Positions 1 to 9,988 of a stretch of 64,000 bases of DNA are shown here, in pieces (the stretch's first letter is position 1; the number at the start of each line of letters is the position of its first letter). A program made the position numbers and the translations under genes. The notes beneath the pieces were generated by a model that did no database searches, was not told the DNA's origin, and saw nothing but the letters and a program-made list of their open reading frames with translations. This stretch comes from Spirochaetales bacterium (GTDB lineage Bacteria > Spirochaetota > Spirochaetia > SZUA-6 > JAFGRV01): contig JAFGQK010000119.1 of assembly GCA_016935735.1 (NCBI GenBank), positions 254 through 64,253 of the forward strand. The letters run 5' to 3'.

Positions 1-297
1 TAATGCCACAACCTCTGTTGCGATTTCTTCACGCAGTTCCTCCGATACCTCTGAAAGGGTAACCAGCCGGACCTCTATGACATAACCGGGTCCGTAGTCG
101 GATCCCAGTCCTGTGGTAAACGATGCACCGACATTAAAAAGACCGTCATGTTCCTTGTTGGAAGTGGTACCCCATTTTGCCCTGGACGGATGAAGGGGGT
201 ATGTCTCCCCATACCTGGCTTCCAGGTAATCATCAATCTCATCAAAAAGTTTTTTCAGTTTCTTTTCCCATTTAAGGGTTTCAGGATGATTTAACAT
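1..297 (-). CDS. Hypothetical protein, partial (runs off the window start)
   Basis: Manual translation from ATG at 297: MLNHPETLKWEKKLKKLFDEIDDYLEARYGETYPLHPSRAKWGTTSNKEHDGLFNVGASF... open to base 1; AAGGAAAG RBS upstream. Not in the ORF track because it lacks a stop in the window. Confidence 0.75.
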   Translation of the reverse strand, partial: MLNHPETLKWEKKLKKLFDEIDDYLEARYGETYPLHPSRAKWGTTSNKEHDGLFNVGASFTTGLGSDYGPGYVIEVRLVTLSEVSEELREEIATEVVAL

Positions 298-485
298 GGT
301 CTTTCCTTATTGTTAAGAATACAGGAATTCTGGGAAATATGCAACCGGTTGTACCAGCAATATGGATAGTTGGGTTGTGGGCTTAAGCCTTCGTTATGAA
401 CATTGTTCGTGATGTGTACAGGAAATATCCGGAATCTGCAAATCAGCAGGAATCAGAAAAAACGAAAAACTGCACCGGATGCCTC

Positions 486-2603
486 TTATTGTCCTATAAT
501 CTCTCTTGCCCTTCGAAGATTCGCTTTTGCATTTTCATGATCCGGTTCAATTTCCAGCGCTTTTTTCCAGTATTGGATCGCTTTTTTCAGTTCATTTTCC
601 CGTGCATAAATAACGCCAAGCTGGTTATAAGCATTACCGGAGTCATGCGGGGTTGTGTGAATAATCTTTTTGTACTGTTCAATAGCTTCTCCAGTACGCC
701 CGGTATTTAGATAAAGTGCGGCAAGGTTATACCGTGCCGGGGTTTCTTCCGGATTATAAAGAATCGCTTTTTTCGCATATTCTTCCATAAGGTCGAACTT
801 GCCCTGCATGCCATATATATATGCCAGATTACTGTGCGCTCCTGAATGTTCGGGATATAATTCAATTGCCCTTTTAAACTGGATGATTGCCTCATCAAAT
901 AAATTATTTTCAAGGTAAAAAAGACCAAGACTATAAACACTTACGACATCCCGGGGATAAATTTCAATGGCTTTATTATACATTGTTATCGCCATATCAT
1001 TCTCTTTTTTCCTGCTATATAAGGTGCCAAGATAAGAATATGCCGGATATGAATCGGGATTTATCTCAATTGCCTTATAAAAATTCTCTTCGGCTTCTGC
1101 AAGTTTATTTAATTTCATATATATATTCCCTATCCTTGCATACACTTCGGATCCGGTCTTGAAATCGAAAGGCAGTTCCTGTTTAATGAGGGTCAAGCTC
1201 TTTGAATATTCTTCCAGTGCCCGGTTATAGTTTGCCTTTTCTTCGTATATAAAGCCAAGGTTAAAATAAGGACGGTACCCCGGATTCTTTATGACAAATA
1301 TGTTCAGGTTCGAGAGTATCACTATGCAGACCACCGCAGCGATTGTTATTGTAACCGCCAGCCATTTTTTGTTTTTAAGCAAATCCACGACAAATGTAAA
1401 ACAGAATCCGGAAAAAACCGTCCATATACACATGGAAGGCAATCTATACCTGGAAGTAACAAAAAAAATAATGCATGGTAAGGAGAGAATAATGCACACA
1501 ATAATCAATGTAATATTTCTTTTTTTATAAATCACCAGGAACAATCCGGCAAGGCCGGTTGCCAGTATAAATGATGACGGGAAGAATGGAATATATTTAT
1601 AGAGCGACGTATCTTTTGCATAATAGATATTTCTGTTTCGCAATATCTCATAATCCGAAAAATATAAAACAAACTTCTTAACGATTAGAAACATTTCTTT
1701 TACCGGATTATGAAAAATAAATTCAAATGCTTTTTTATACCAGTACCTGTCCCGGTCTGCAAACGAATCAACTCCCTCCTCTCTTCTCGGTTCATCATAG
1801 AATTCCTCGAACGCATAACCCGGTTGGAGGTACACCGTCTCATCATAATCTTCATTATTCCCCAGGTAAAAATTTATTCCCCCATTGGCGGAAACAAGCG
1901 TGAAATGTTTACCGGTAATACTATTGCGTAAGGTACAGGGGAATATGGTCGCGAAGGTAATAACAGTCAAAATCACCGCCAGTTTCATTCCCTGTTTTTT
2001 AAAGAGAAGAAAAACATAGAAAGGCAGGAGTAAGAGATTCGTGGGGAGTGTTACTATGGAGAATCCGAAAATAATTGAAGATAAAATGATGTACAGGGTT
2101 CTTTTATTTATTATAAGAAGATAAAAAGAAACAAGGGTTAAAAAAACGGCAAGTGCGGGAATTTCCATTTCCGTACTGTAAAATATGGACGGGAAATAAA
2201 AATTATACATTATTGCACCAATAAATGCGGCAATGTCGTTAAAATAGTTCCGGCCTATAAGAAATATTAATACGCAATTGAAACTGCTCATTATGACCTG
2301 GACGAACATCAAAAGAAAGTCACTGTTCCCTGAAATGAAATAAATGAATGCAACAAAATATGGATAAAACGGCGCTTTGTAGAACACTCCCTGCGGTCTT
2401 AAGCTGAAAATATCTCCATGTAAAATATTCCTTGCCCATTCCTCATGATACAATGCATCTGCTATATGCACCTGAAAGAATGGTGAGTGTGAATAATCGA
2501 TTAAATAGATAAACCGGGCAATAAATGCAACAATGAAAATAATTATGGGTAATTTATTGTTTTTTATAAAAGTAAATATTTTCTGAACTATGCTTCTTTC
2601 CAC
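486..2603 (-). CDS. GT-C fold membrane glycosyltransferase (PMT/ArnT-like) with C-terminal TPR repeats
   Basis: Many TM helices, 'DALYHEEWA...FYKAPFYPYF' N-terminal loop, 'SRYRLP' motif, then about 7 TPRs (e.g. AHSNLAYIYGMQG, AYNQLGVIYARE). Confidence 0.85.
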   Translation of the reverse strand: MERSIVQKIFTFIKNNKLPIIIFIVAFIARFIYLIDYSHSPFFQVHIADALYHEEWARNILHGDIFSLRPQGVFYKAPFYPYFVAFIYFISGNSDFLLMFVQVIMSSFNCVLIFLIGRNYFNDIAAFIGAIMYNFYFPSIFYSTEMEIPALAVFLTLVSFYLLIINKRTLYIILSSIIFGFSIVTLPTNLLLLPFYVFLLFKKQGMKLAVILTVITFATIFPCTLRNSITGKHFTLVSANGGINFYLGNNEDYDETVYLQPGYAFEEFYDEPRREEGVDSFADRDRYWYKKAFEFIFHNPVKEMFLIVKKFVLYFSDYEILRNRNIYYAKDTSLYKYIPFFPSSFILATGLAGLFLVIYKKRNITLIIVCIILSLPCIIFFVTSRYRLPSMCIWTVFSGFCFTFVVDLLKNKKWLAVTITIAAVVCIVILSNLNIFVIKNPGYRPYFNLGFIYEEKANYNRALEEYSKSLTLIKQELPFDFKTGSEVYARIGNIYMKLNKLAEAEENFYKAIEINPDSYPAYSYLGTLYSRKKENDMAITMYNKAIEIYPRDVVSVYSLGLFYLENNLFDEAIIQFKRAIELYPEHSGAHSNLAYIYGMQGKFDLMEEYAKKAILYNPEETPARYNLAALYLNTGRTGEAIEQYKKIIHTTPHDSGNAYNQLGVIYARENELKKAIQYWKKALEIEPDHENAKANLRRAREIIGQ

Positions 2604-2809
2604 AAGATTCCTTTTATCCCGGTAAATAAAGCAAAATTATCAAGACCGGCAATAGTTACTCACACAACATGGAATGCATTGTACGGTTCAGTTCGGTCCT
2701 GTCAAGCAGGATAAAAACCGGATTATCACTCTTGCATTACATGATATATTTTACTATCATACCATAAAAACCAAAGCCGGTGTGACAGAAGGCGGGAGAA
2801 AACTGTACA

Positions 2810-3943
2810 GTGTGGATAAAAAATCTTTTGCGAATCCTGCTATTGATATTGCCTCTTATTCTCACGATTCCTGCTATTGAATATCTGTTTGATAACAGGC
2901 TAGTTCTTTTTCCTAACCCGGAATACACGAACCGGTTTGAAGCCAGTACAAGTCCAAATGGTACAATCGTTGACTTCCAGGTTGATTCAAAAAAGATTTC
3001 ATTCTCTTATATACTAAGGCAGGAACCGGATGACCTGCCCATCCCGTACAGCAGCGTCGTGATCTGGTTAACAAGGGAAAATACTTTCTTTGATCTTTCC
3101 GGTTATGACTCCTTATTTCTTGAAATCGAAAAAGCGACAGCAGGGAAAGTGGTTATTTTTATCAAAACCTTTGAAAAGGGCATTTCAAAACCGGAAAAGT
3201 CGGAAGGACTTACCCTCCGGCATAACGAGTATACTCTATCATTCATCAATGGTGTATCCGGGTATAACATTAATATAAAAAATTTTTTTACCCCGGACTG
3301 GTGGTTCGACATGATGAACGTTCCGTTGAATAAAAGGTTTAAGGAGACCTATAAAAAGGTATCGGCGTTCGATTTACAATTTATTCACAGGAGTAAAGGG
3401 CCGGTAGAAGAAAAAGAGGATTCGTTTATGGTTAGAAAAATTATGTTCAGGAAATCATATCCGGTTTTGTATATCATCCTTAATATCGCGACCGCCCTTT
3501 ACTGTATATTCCTGTTCTCGGTCATATTCGCGAACAGGAAAGGAATTATTAAGATGATAAAAGAAAATATGGTACCCCGTTTACAGGAAGTAGAGTACAG
3601 GCAGCTTAAACTTGAAAATTATGCTGATAACGAACTCGACCGCATCATGAACTATCTCAAAGACCATTACCCCGACCCTGAAATATCATCCACCCTGATT
3701 TCCAGGGTGACAGGAATCCCACGATCACATATTGCCGAACTGATAAAAAGACGGTATGACTGTACCTGCAAACAATTAATCAACCGGATAAGAATCACCG
3801 AAGCAAAACGGCTTTTAAAAACAACAGACAGGCGCATCCTGGAAATTGCGCTGGAAGTCGGGTTTAATGACATATCGACCTTTAACCGGTGCTTTAAACA
3901 AATAGAGGGAATAGCCCCGAGCCGGTACCGCTTTGATGTGTAG
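2810..3943 (+). CDS. Membrane-anchored AraC-family regulator (TM - extracytoplasmic domain - TM - AraC HTH)
   Basis: C-terminal AraC signature 'RITEAKRLLKTTDRRILEIALEVGFNDISTFNRCFKQIEGIAPSRYR'; two hydrophobic segments flank a beta-rich ~190-aa domain. Confidence 0.88.
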   Translation: MWIKNLLRILLLILPLILTIPAIEYLFDNRLVLFPNPEYTNRFEASTSPNGTIVDFQVDSKKISFSYILRQEPDDLPIPYSSVVIWLTRENTFFDLSGYDSLFLEIEKATAGKVVIFIKTFEKGISKPEKSEGLTLRHNEYTLSFINGVSGYNINIKNFFTPDWWFDMMNVPLNKRFKETYKKVSAFDLQFIHRSKGPVEEKEDSFMVRKIMFRKSYPVLYIILNIATALYCIFLFSVIFANRKGIIKMIKENMVPRLQEVEYRQLKLENYADNELDRIMNYLKDHYPDPEISSTLISRVTGIPRSHIAELIKRRYDCTCKQLINRIRITEAKRLLKTTDRRILEIALEVGFNDISTFNRCFKQIEGIAPSRYRFDV

Positions 3944-4182
3944 TTTGCATATCAAAGGAATTTATATACATAACAAAATGCCCAGTATTTCTGCAAGAAT
4001 GCAAAGATTTTTTCAATTATATAGCACAAAATGGTATGTACATTATGAGTGAAAACATCATTTTGTAAGAATTTGAAACACTGGTGTATTGTATGCCGGA
4101 TGCCGATTCCCTGATAAAAGGAACGCCGGGTACAAGATGAGTATTCTGTAAAAAATAGATGTAAGAAAAAAGGAGTAAAATA

Positions 4183-5469
4183 GTGAAAAATACATTGTTT
4201 AGAATTTTTATCTGCGTCCTGTGCCTCAACTGCGGACTTTCCGTACATGCACAGTCACCCGGTGATGTTAACGAAAGCGGCAGCATCGATATCGTGGACG
4301 CTCTTTTAACAGCCCAGTACTATGTGGGGTTAAACCCTGCCAATTTTACAAGCGGGGCTGCGGATGTCGATTGTTCCGGGACCATCGATATTGTTGATGC
4401 ACTCCTTATCGCACAATACTATGTCGGGCTCATCTCCCGGTTTCCCTGCACCGCCACTCCTGTTCCCACAGCGGTGCCGGATTCCGAAGTACTTCTCATC
4501 GGCAGGTTCGATACGAGTGATTCCGCTGGCCCGAAGTTCGGCTGGAGTGCCACAACCATAAAAGCGAATTTCCAGGGAACGGAGGTAAGCGTCAAGCTTG
4601 CTTCGACCGGTGATAACTGGATAAATGTGATTATTGACGGTACTATCCGCACACCGGTCAATGTCCCGTCCGGCACAGACGGATCGACGCCAATCCTTCT
4701 TGCATCCGGATTGTCACCGGATTTTCATACTGTTGAACTCGTGCGCAGGACAGAAGCCTGGGTTGGCGAGATGCAGTTCCTCGGATTTACCGGTTCAGGA
4801 TCGCTTTTCTCACCGCCCATAGCATCTTCGCGGCGAATAGAGTTTATCGGCGACTCGATTACCTGCGGATACGGGAACGAGGGCACGGACCAGTACCAGA
4901 GTTTTACAACCAGGAACGAAAACGCGTATCTCGCATATGGTCCGGTTACAGCGCGGCTATTGGGGGCGGACCAGATTACGGTCGCCTGGTCCGGTAAAGG
5001 TGTTATCCGGAATTACGGCGGTGATACGGATGAACTCATGCCGGAATTATATTCACGTATACTCCCGTATGACTCATCGCACCTGTGGGATACAAGTCAA
5101 TGGGTTCCCCATGTAGTCGTTATCAATCTCTGTACCAACGACTACAGCCAGGGGATTCCGGACAGGACCCAGTTTACAACAGCATATAGAAACTTTGTAC
5201 AGAAGATCAGGACACAATACCCCACGGCACATATCTACTGTGCACTCGGCCCCATGCTTTCGGGCGACAATCTCGTAAGCGCGAGGGATTATATCAGTTC
5301 TGTTGTGAATTCTCTTACATCATCCGGCGATACAAAAATGCACTTTATCGAGTTTCCTGCCCAGGACGGGTCGTTGGGTTATGGTGAAGACTGGCATCCC
5401 TCTGTTGCAACTCATGAACTCATGGCCAGCCAGCTGGCCGGTCAAATCAGGGCTGATCTCGGGTGGTAA
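4183..5469 (+). CDS. Secreted SGNH acetyl esterase (CE2-like) with N-terminal dockerin
   Basis: Signal peptide; duplicated GDVNxSGxIDIVDALL dockerin; PT linker; 'IEFIGDSITCGYG', 'WSGKG', 'NLCTND', 'DWHP' motifs typical of CE2. Confidence 0.9.
   Translation: MKNTLFRIFICVLCLNCGLSVHAQSPGDVNESGSIDIVDALLTAQYYVGLNPANFTSGAADVDCSGTIDIVDALLIAQYYVGLISRFPCTATPVPTAVPDSEVLLIGRFDTSDSAGPKFGWSATTIKANFQGTEVSVKLASTGDNWINVIIDGTIRTPVNVPSGTDGSTPILLASGLSPDFHTVELVRRTEAWVGEMQFLGFTGSGSLFSPPIASSRRIEFIGDSITCGYGNEGTDQYQSFTTRNENAYLAYGPVTARLLGADQITVAWSGKGVIRNYGGDTDELMPELYSRILPYDSSHLWDTSQWVPHVVVINLCTNDYSQGIPDRTQFTTAYRNFVQKIRTQYPTAHIYCALGPMLSGDNLVSARDYISSVVNSLTSSGDTKMHFIEFPAQDGSLGYGEDWHPSVATHELMASQLAGQIRADLGW
4261..4449 (+). 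repeat. Dockerin-coding repeat, copy 1 (paralogous to 6954-7142 and 31876-32058)
   Basis: GDVNESGSIDIVDALLTAQYYVG...DVDCSGTIDIVDALLIAQYYVGLISRFPC; near-identical at protein level to the other two copies. Confidence 0.85.
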
Positions 5470-5510
5470 TTTTTATATATTTATAAACAAAATAAAAGGA
5501 GATAGGAAAA

Positions 5511-7145
5511 ATGAAAAAAACGCTTTTTATTCTCATCGTTCTTTGCCTGTGCTTACAGGGATTTTCCCAGACATACCCCGGTTTCAGGGTTCAGGGCAGG
5601 TTCCTGTATGACAATGCCGGCGAGAAGGTTATACTGGTCGGTGTGAACAAGATGATTATCTGGACAGACATCGATGGTATACCCTCCTATGAGGAAATCG
5701 CAAAGACCGGGGCTAACTGTGTCCGTATTGTCTGGGGGATTTCCGGCACACCGGAACAACTTGACCTGGCGGTCTACAACTGCCGGATTAACAACATGAT
5801 CCCCATCCCGGAGCTTCACGATGCCACAGGCGAATGGTCCGAACTTCAGAGTTGTGTGGATTACTGGTGCAGGTCCGATATTGTCGAGGTTCTTAAAAAG
5901 CACGAAGAGTACCTTATCGTCAATATTGCAAATGAATGCGGCCAGGATGTTTCAGATGCCGATTACCGGGCAGGGTATAAAAGCGCCGTCACCCGGATGA
6001 GGAATGCGGGTATACATGTACCCATTATGATAGACGCACCGGGTTACGGCCAGGACATCGACAGCCTTCAGGCAAACGGACCGTATCTGATTTCCCAGGA
6101 CCCCGATCAAAACCTCCTCTTTTCCATACACATGTGGTGGCCATATTGCTGGGGAAATACGGATCAGAAGGTGATTGATGAAATTGCTGAATCTGTTTCC
6201 CTTAATCTGCCTATGGTGGTCGGGGAATTCGGAAATAAATGGGACGAATCGGGGGATTGTAATATTCCTTATCTTTTAATCATCGATCAATGTACGGCCA
6301 ACCAGATAGGCTGGCTTCCCTGGTCGTGGGGGCCGGGGAATGATCCCCAGTCCTGGCTCGATATGACAACAGATTCAACCTATAACACCCTCTCCGGCTG
6401 GGGCAGTGAGGTTGCACTGACACATACGAACAGCATTAAAAATACAGCGAAGCGGCCTGCTTCAATTACAGGTACAACACCTGTGCCAAGTCCGTCCCCG
6501 GTACCGACACCGGAAGGAAACATCGCGATGGGCAAAGCGGTGACAGTCTCTTCCACGGAAAGTTCGGAATTTTCAGGAGAGAATGCTGTTGACGGGAACT
6601 CTTCGACCCGCTGGGCATCTGTACCCCAGAGCGATCCGCAGTGGATATATATCGACCTTGGTACATCAACCCAATTGGCACGCGTGATCCTCTACTGGGA
6701 AGCTGCATACGCGTCCCAGTATAAAATTCAGGTATCGGAGGACGCCAGTAACTGGACCGATCTCCTTACCGAATATAACGGCGACGGCGGCACAGATGAC
6801 CTCTCCATCTCGGGAAGCGGCAGGTACGTGCGGATGTATGGAATGCAGCACAACAATTGGGAATGGGGTTATTCATTATGGGAGTTCGCTGTCTACGGGA
6901 CCTCCGGGACACCCGGACCCACACCAACACCCACAACGGTACCGGGTATAATGGGGGATGTCAATGAAAGCGGCTCGGTCGATATCGTGGACGCGCTTTT
7001 GATCGCCCAGTACTACGTGGGCCTTCGTCCCTCAAATTTCAATCCGGATCTCGCGGACGTGGATTGTTCGGGAGGGATCGACATAGTGGACGCGCTTCTT
7101 GTTGCACAGTATTACGTGGGACTTATTTCATCATTCCCCTGTTAA
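5511..7145 (+). CDS. Secreted GH5 glycoside hydrolase (mannanase-like, GH5_8) + CBM32/F5-8 + dockerin
   Basis: 'GANCVRIV', 'ELHDATG', acid/base 'NIANE', nucleophile 'VGEFG', 'WLPWSW'; discoidin 'NAVDGNSSTRWAS...YSLWEFAVY'; C-terminal dockerin; PT linkers. Confidence 0.9.
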   Translation: MKKTLFILIVLCLCLQGFSQTYPGFRVQGRFLYDNAGEKVILVGVNKMIIWTDIDGIPSYEEIAKTGANCVRIVWGISGTPEQLDLAVYNCRINNMIPIPELHDATGEWSELQSCVDYWCRSDIVEVLKKHEEYLIVNIANECGQDVSDADYRAGYKSAVTRMRNAGIHVPIMIDAPGYGQDIDSLQANGPYLISQDPDQNLLFSIHMWWPYCWGNTDQKVIDEIAESVSLNLPMVVGEFGNKWDESGDCNIPYLLIIDQCTANQIGWLPWSWGPGNDPQSWLDMTTDSTYNTLSGWGSEVALTHTNSIKNTAKRPASITGTTPVPSPSPVPTPEGNIAMGKAVTVSSTESSEFSGENAVDGNSSTRWASVPQSDPQWIYIDLGTSTQLARVILYWEAAYASQYKIQVSEDASNWTDLLTEYNGDGGTDDLSISGSGRYVRMYGMQHNNWEWGYSLWEFAVYGTSGTPGPTPTPTTVPGIMGDVNESGSVDIVDALLIAQYYVGLRPSNFNPDLADVDCSGGIDIVDALLVAQYYVGLISSFPC

Positions 7146-7190
7146 AGCACCCACCTTAATTTTTATAAGGTACTCCTGCAATAAATTTTT

Positions 7191-7226
7191 AAATCTGCCG
7201 GCGGGTTTTCACCGCCGGCGATTTTT
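7191..7226 (+). terminator. Rho-independent terminator after the GH5 gene
   Basis: GCCGGCGG-N7-CCGCCGGC stem followed by ATTTTT. Confidence 0.75.
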
Positions 7227-7412
7227 AATTACGTACAACCTCTGGAAATACTATTTTCACAAGGAATCCCTAAAAAAGAAAAGAAGGAGGAACTAAGGAT
7301 CGGCTGCAGGGACACAGCGTTGGAGAAAACGCAAAGGATAGAGGATAAATGGAATTATGATTTATTTAAAAATCGAAGATGTCCATACCATTCATAAAAA
7401 CCCGCTATAACA

Positions 7413-8456
7413 TTAAAAATGAATATCAAATTCAAACGAGCTGTCAACAATTGATCCGTTTTTTATTGTATAAGGACTTATGGAAATACCAAGACCCGGT
7501 GCAAAATACAATTTCTTGTTTAAACCCAGACAGAGTATGATCGAGACACCGCATGAATACAGCCAGTGATCTTCCCTGTTGAAATCCCTGTCATAGAAAA
7601 TGAGAAAACCCTGGTCATGAAATACTTCTATACCAGGTACAATATCGATTTCCGTATTGCCCAGGGTAATGGGTAAAAAAAAGGGCAACAGGAATCTGTA
7701 AGCAAGTGAAATCCCAAAGTTCATATCACTGGTAATTGATGGATACCCGCGAATATCCATAACAGGTGCCTTGAGAATAGAGAATATCTCAAATCCGGTT
7801 ATACTCCAGAGATTTATTCCGATTGTCTGATTTTCTGCTATAGGGAAGAAGAAGCGGAGATCAAGCTGTAACATATCGAATGATAACAGGGATTGAACCG
7901 GAGAATAGAGTAATGCCTTTATATAAAAACCGGAACGGGGAAAAACATCATTATCCCTGCAATCAAATTTACCGCCATAGTTAATCCGTTGAATAGTATC
8001 ATTGTATAGATGACTGTATAATGAGCCACTTTCTTCCAGTAATTCCGATCTATATAAATCGTATCCGAGTAATATATACATTGTTTTAAAAAAATTGAAT
8101 TCCAGGGTGACTTCCAGATCATCTGTCCGGTTATAAACATCTTCACCAGAATCTATATGTTCCACTCCTCTTCCTGGAAAAAGATCATTTTCTAAAGCTG
8201 TATGCATATAAAAGGTCTCAATCTCGAAATAGTATCCTGTTCCAACCGGTATATTATTGATTTTACAATACAACCCGAATAAGCTTTCATACCAGTATGA
8301 CCCACAATCAACAGCAACCCAGAAAGGAATTGGTAAAATACCAGGTTCTTTTGTATCTGATTCCAGCCATGGTGTGTAATCTTCTGCAAATATCGTTAAA
8401 TGAAACACGAACAGGATAATCAGAGTAATCACTATCCTTTTATTCAAATATATCAC
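7413..8456 (-). CDS. Omp85/BamA-TamA-like outer-membrane beta-barrel protein (no obvious POTRA)
   Basis: Signal peptide; 'FDCRDNDVFPRSG' (YDTRD..P..G-like) and 'IRGY' motifs; C-terminal Phe; overlaps radA stop (GTGA). Confidence 0.6.
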   Translation of the reverse strand: MIYLNKRIVITLIILFVFHLTIFAEDYTPWLESDTKEPGILPIPFWVAVDCGSYWYESLFGLYCKINNIPVGTGYYFEIETFYMHTALENDLFPGRGVEHIDSGEDVYNRTDDLEVTLEFNFFKTMYILLGYDLYRSELLEESGSLYSHLYNDTIQRINYGGKFDCRDNDVFPRSGFYIKALLYSPVQSLLSFDMLQLDLRFFFPIAENQTIGINLWSITGFEIFSILKAPVMDIRGYPSITSDMNFGISLAYRFLLPFFLPITLGNTEIDIVPGIEVFHDQGFLIFYDRDFNREDHWLYSCGVSIILCLGLNKKLYFAPGLGISISPYTIKNGSIVDSSFEFDIHF

Positions 8457-9823
8457 AATTCATTCTCCTCTTTCACCTGCTCGAGAAATACTGCCCGGAC
8501 TGCCTCATTCAGCAGGGAATATTCATGGTAACCTTCAAAATATTCATGATTACCTTCCTTTATTATTGGACCATAAACCTGGTTGAATCCCATATCCATG
8601 GCAGATTTCAATCTTCTCTCCATGTGCGGAACGGCACGTATTTCACCGGCAAGGGAAACTTCACCAAACACTGCTGTCCTTGGAGGGAGTACGAGATCTG
8701 TTTTTGCTGAATAGAGTGACAGGCAGATAGCCAGATCGATGCCTACCTCTGACACCTTGAATCCTCCCGCAATATTCACATAAATATCTGCATCGGAAAG
8801 TGGTATTTTCAAGTGCTTTTCCAAAACTGCAGCAAGCCGGGATACCCTGCGGGAATCTATTTTATCGGAAAAAACCCTGGAAATACCACTTTTTGCAGGA
8901 ACTACAAGGCTCTGTATTTCCACCATAAGCACTCGTGTTCCCTCAAATACAGGGACAGCCGTGATACCCGCCGGAGGAGTCCTGTCCCGGTGTTCAAGAA
9001 AATAAGAACCGGGATCTGTTACCTGGACAAGTCCTGTTTCTGTCATTTTAAAAAGACCAAGTTCATGCGTTGGTCCGAACCGGTTCTTTGTTGCCCTTAA
9101 AATTCTGATATCCGATTCTGCCTGGTCAAAATACAGGACTGTATCCACAAGATGTTCGATAACCTTGGGTCCCGCTATAAGTCCTTCCTTGGTCACATGA
9201 CCAATCAGGAATAATGCTGCCGATCTTAGTTTTGCATAATCATTCAATTCATAGGTACAGAGTTTCACCTGTGTGGGTGTTCCGGGAATGGATCCTGTAT
9301 CCGGAGAATAAATTGTCTGGATTGAATCGATAATGATTAAAACAGGTTTAATCTGTTCGATTGCATGTATAATAACAGAAAGCCCTGTTTCGCAGAATAC
9401 CTCGATCTTATCACTCTCACTATGAATACGCAAGGAACGTAATTTTACCTGTTTTAAGGATTCTTCACCGGTTATATAGAGTATTTTCCCTTTTGTCTTT
9501 ATGGTTGATGCCAATTGGAGCATGAGGGTGGACTTGCCTATCCCGGGTTCACCGCCAACCAGGACAGTGGACCCCTTCATAATACCTCCGCCGAGTACGC
9601 GGTTCAATTCTTCAATTCCTGAATCAAACCTGCTTTCCTTTTCAATATCAAGGGAAACCAGGGGAACCGGTATTTTTTCATGACTATGAATATTCCCTGT
9701 CTTCTCCCCGCTTACCTTTATTTCTTCCATGGAATTCCATGCCCCGCATTCAGGACAGCGTCCAAGCCACCTGGGTTCTTTATGTCCGCATTCAGAACAG
9801 GTAAAATAAGCTTTATCTTTCAT
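8453..9823 (-). CDS. radA: DNA repair protein RadA/Sms
   Basis: N-terminal C4 zinc finger (CSECG...GRCPECGAWNS), Walker A GEPGIGKST, KNRFG motif, Lon-like C-terminus. Confidence 0.97.
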   Translation of the reverse strand: MKDKAYFTCSECGHKEPRWLGRCPECGAWNSMEEIKVSGEKTGNIHSHEKIPVPLVSLDIEKESRFDSGIEELNRVLGGGIMKGSTVLVGGEPGIGKSTLMLQLASTIKTKGKILYITGEESLKQVKLRSLRIHSESDKIEVFCETGLSVIIHAIEQIKPVLIIIDSIQTIYSPDTGSIPGTPTQVKLCTYELNDYAKLRSAALFLIGHVTKEGLIAGPKVIEHLVDTVLYFDQAESDIRILRATKNRFGPTHELGLFKMTETGLVQVTDPGSYFLEHRDRTPPAGITAVPVFEGTRVLMVEIQSLVVPAKSGISRVFSDKIDSRRVSRLAAVLEKHLKIPLSDADIYVNIAGGFKVSEVGIDLAICLSLYSAKTDLVLPPRTAVFGEVSLAGEIRAVPHMERRLKSAMDMGFNQVYGPIIKEGNHEYFEGYHEYSLLNEAVRAVFLEQVKEENEL

Positions 9824-9988
9824 ATCCGCTTCCCACCCTTTGGTTTTCAGATTTACTTTACGATATATTTTACCATACTATTGATTCTTATTCACTTATC
9901 TTATAAAGTAATTCAGGCTGTCCGACAATAAATAAAGCAGTCTTTATTACCATAATTCATTAGTAGTGGAAAAGAAAAAGGGAAATGT

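Noticed and set aside
3944-4182. Possible c-di-GMP or other riboswitch in the CE2 leader
   Set aside because: Only weak pairing (TTCC/GGAA); no GEMM consensus. More likely a promoter with AraC sites.
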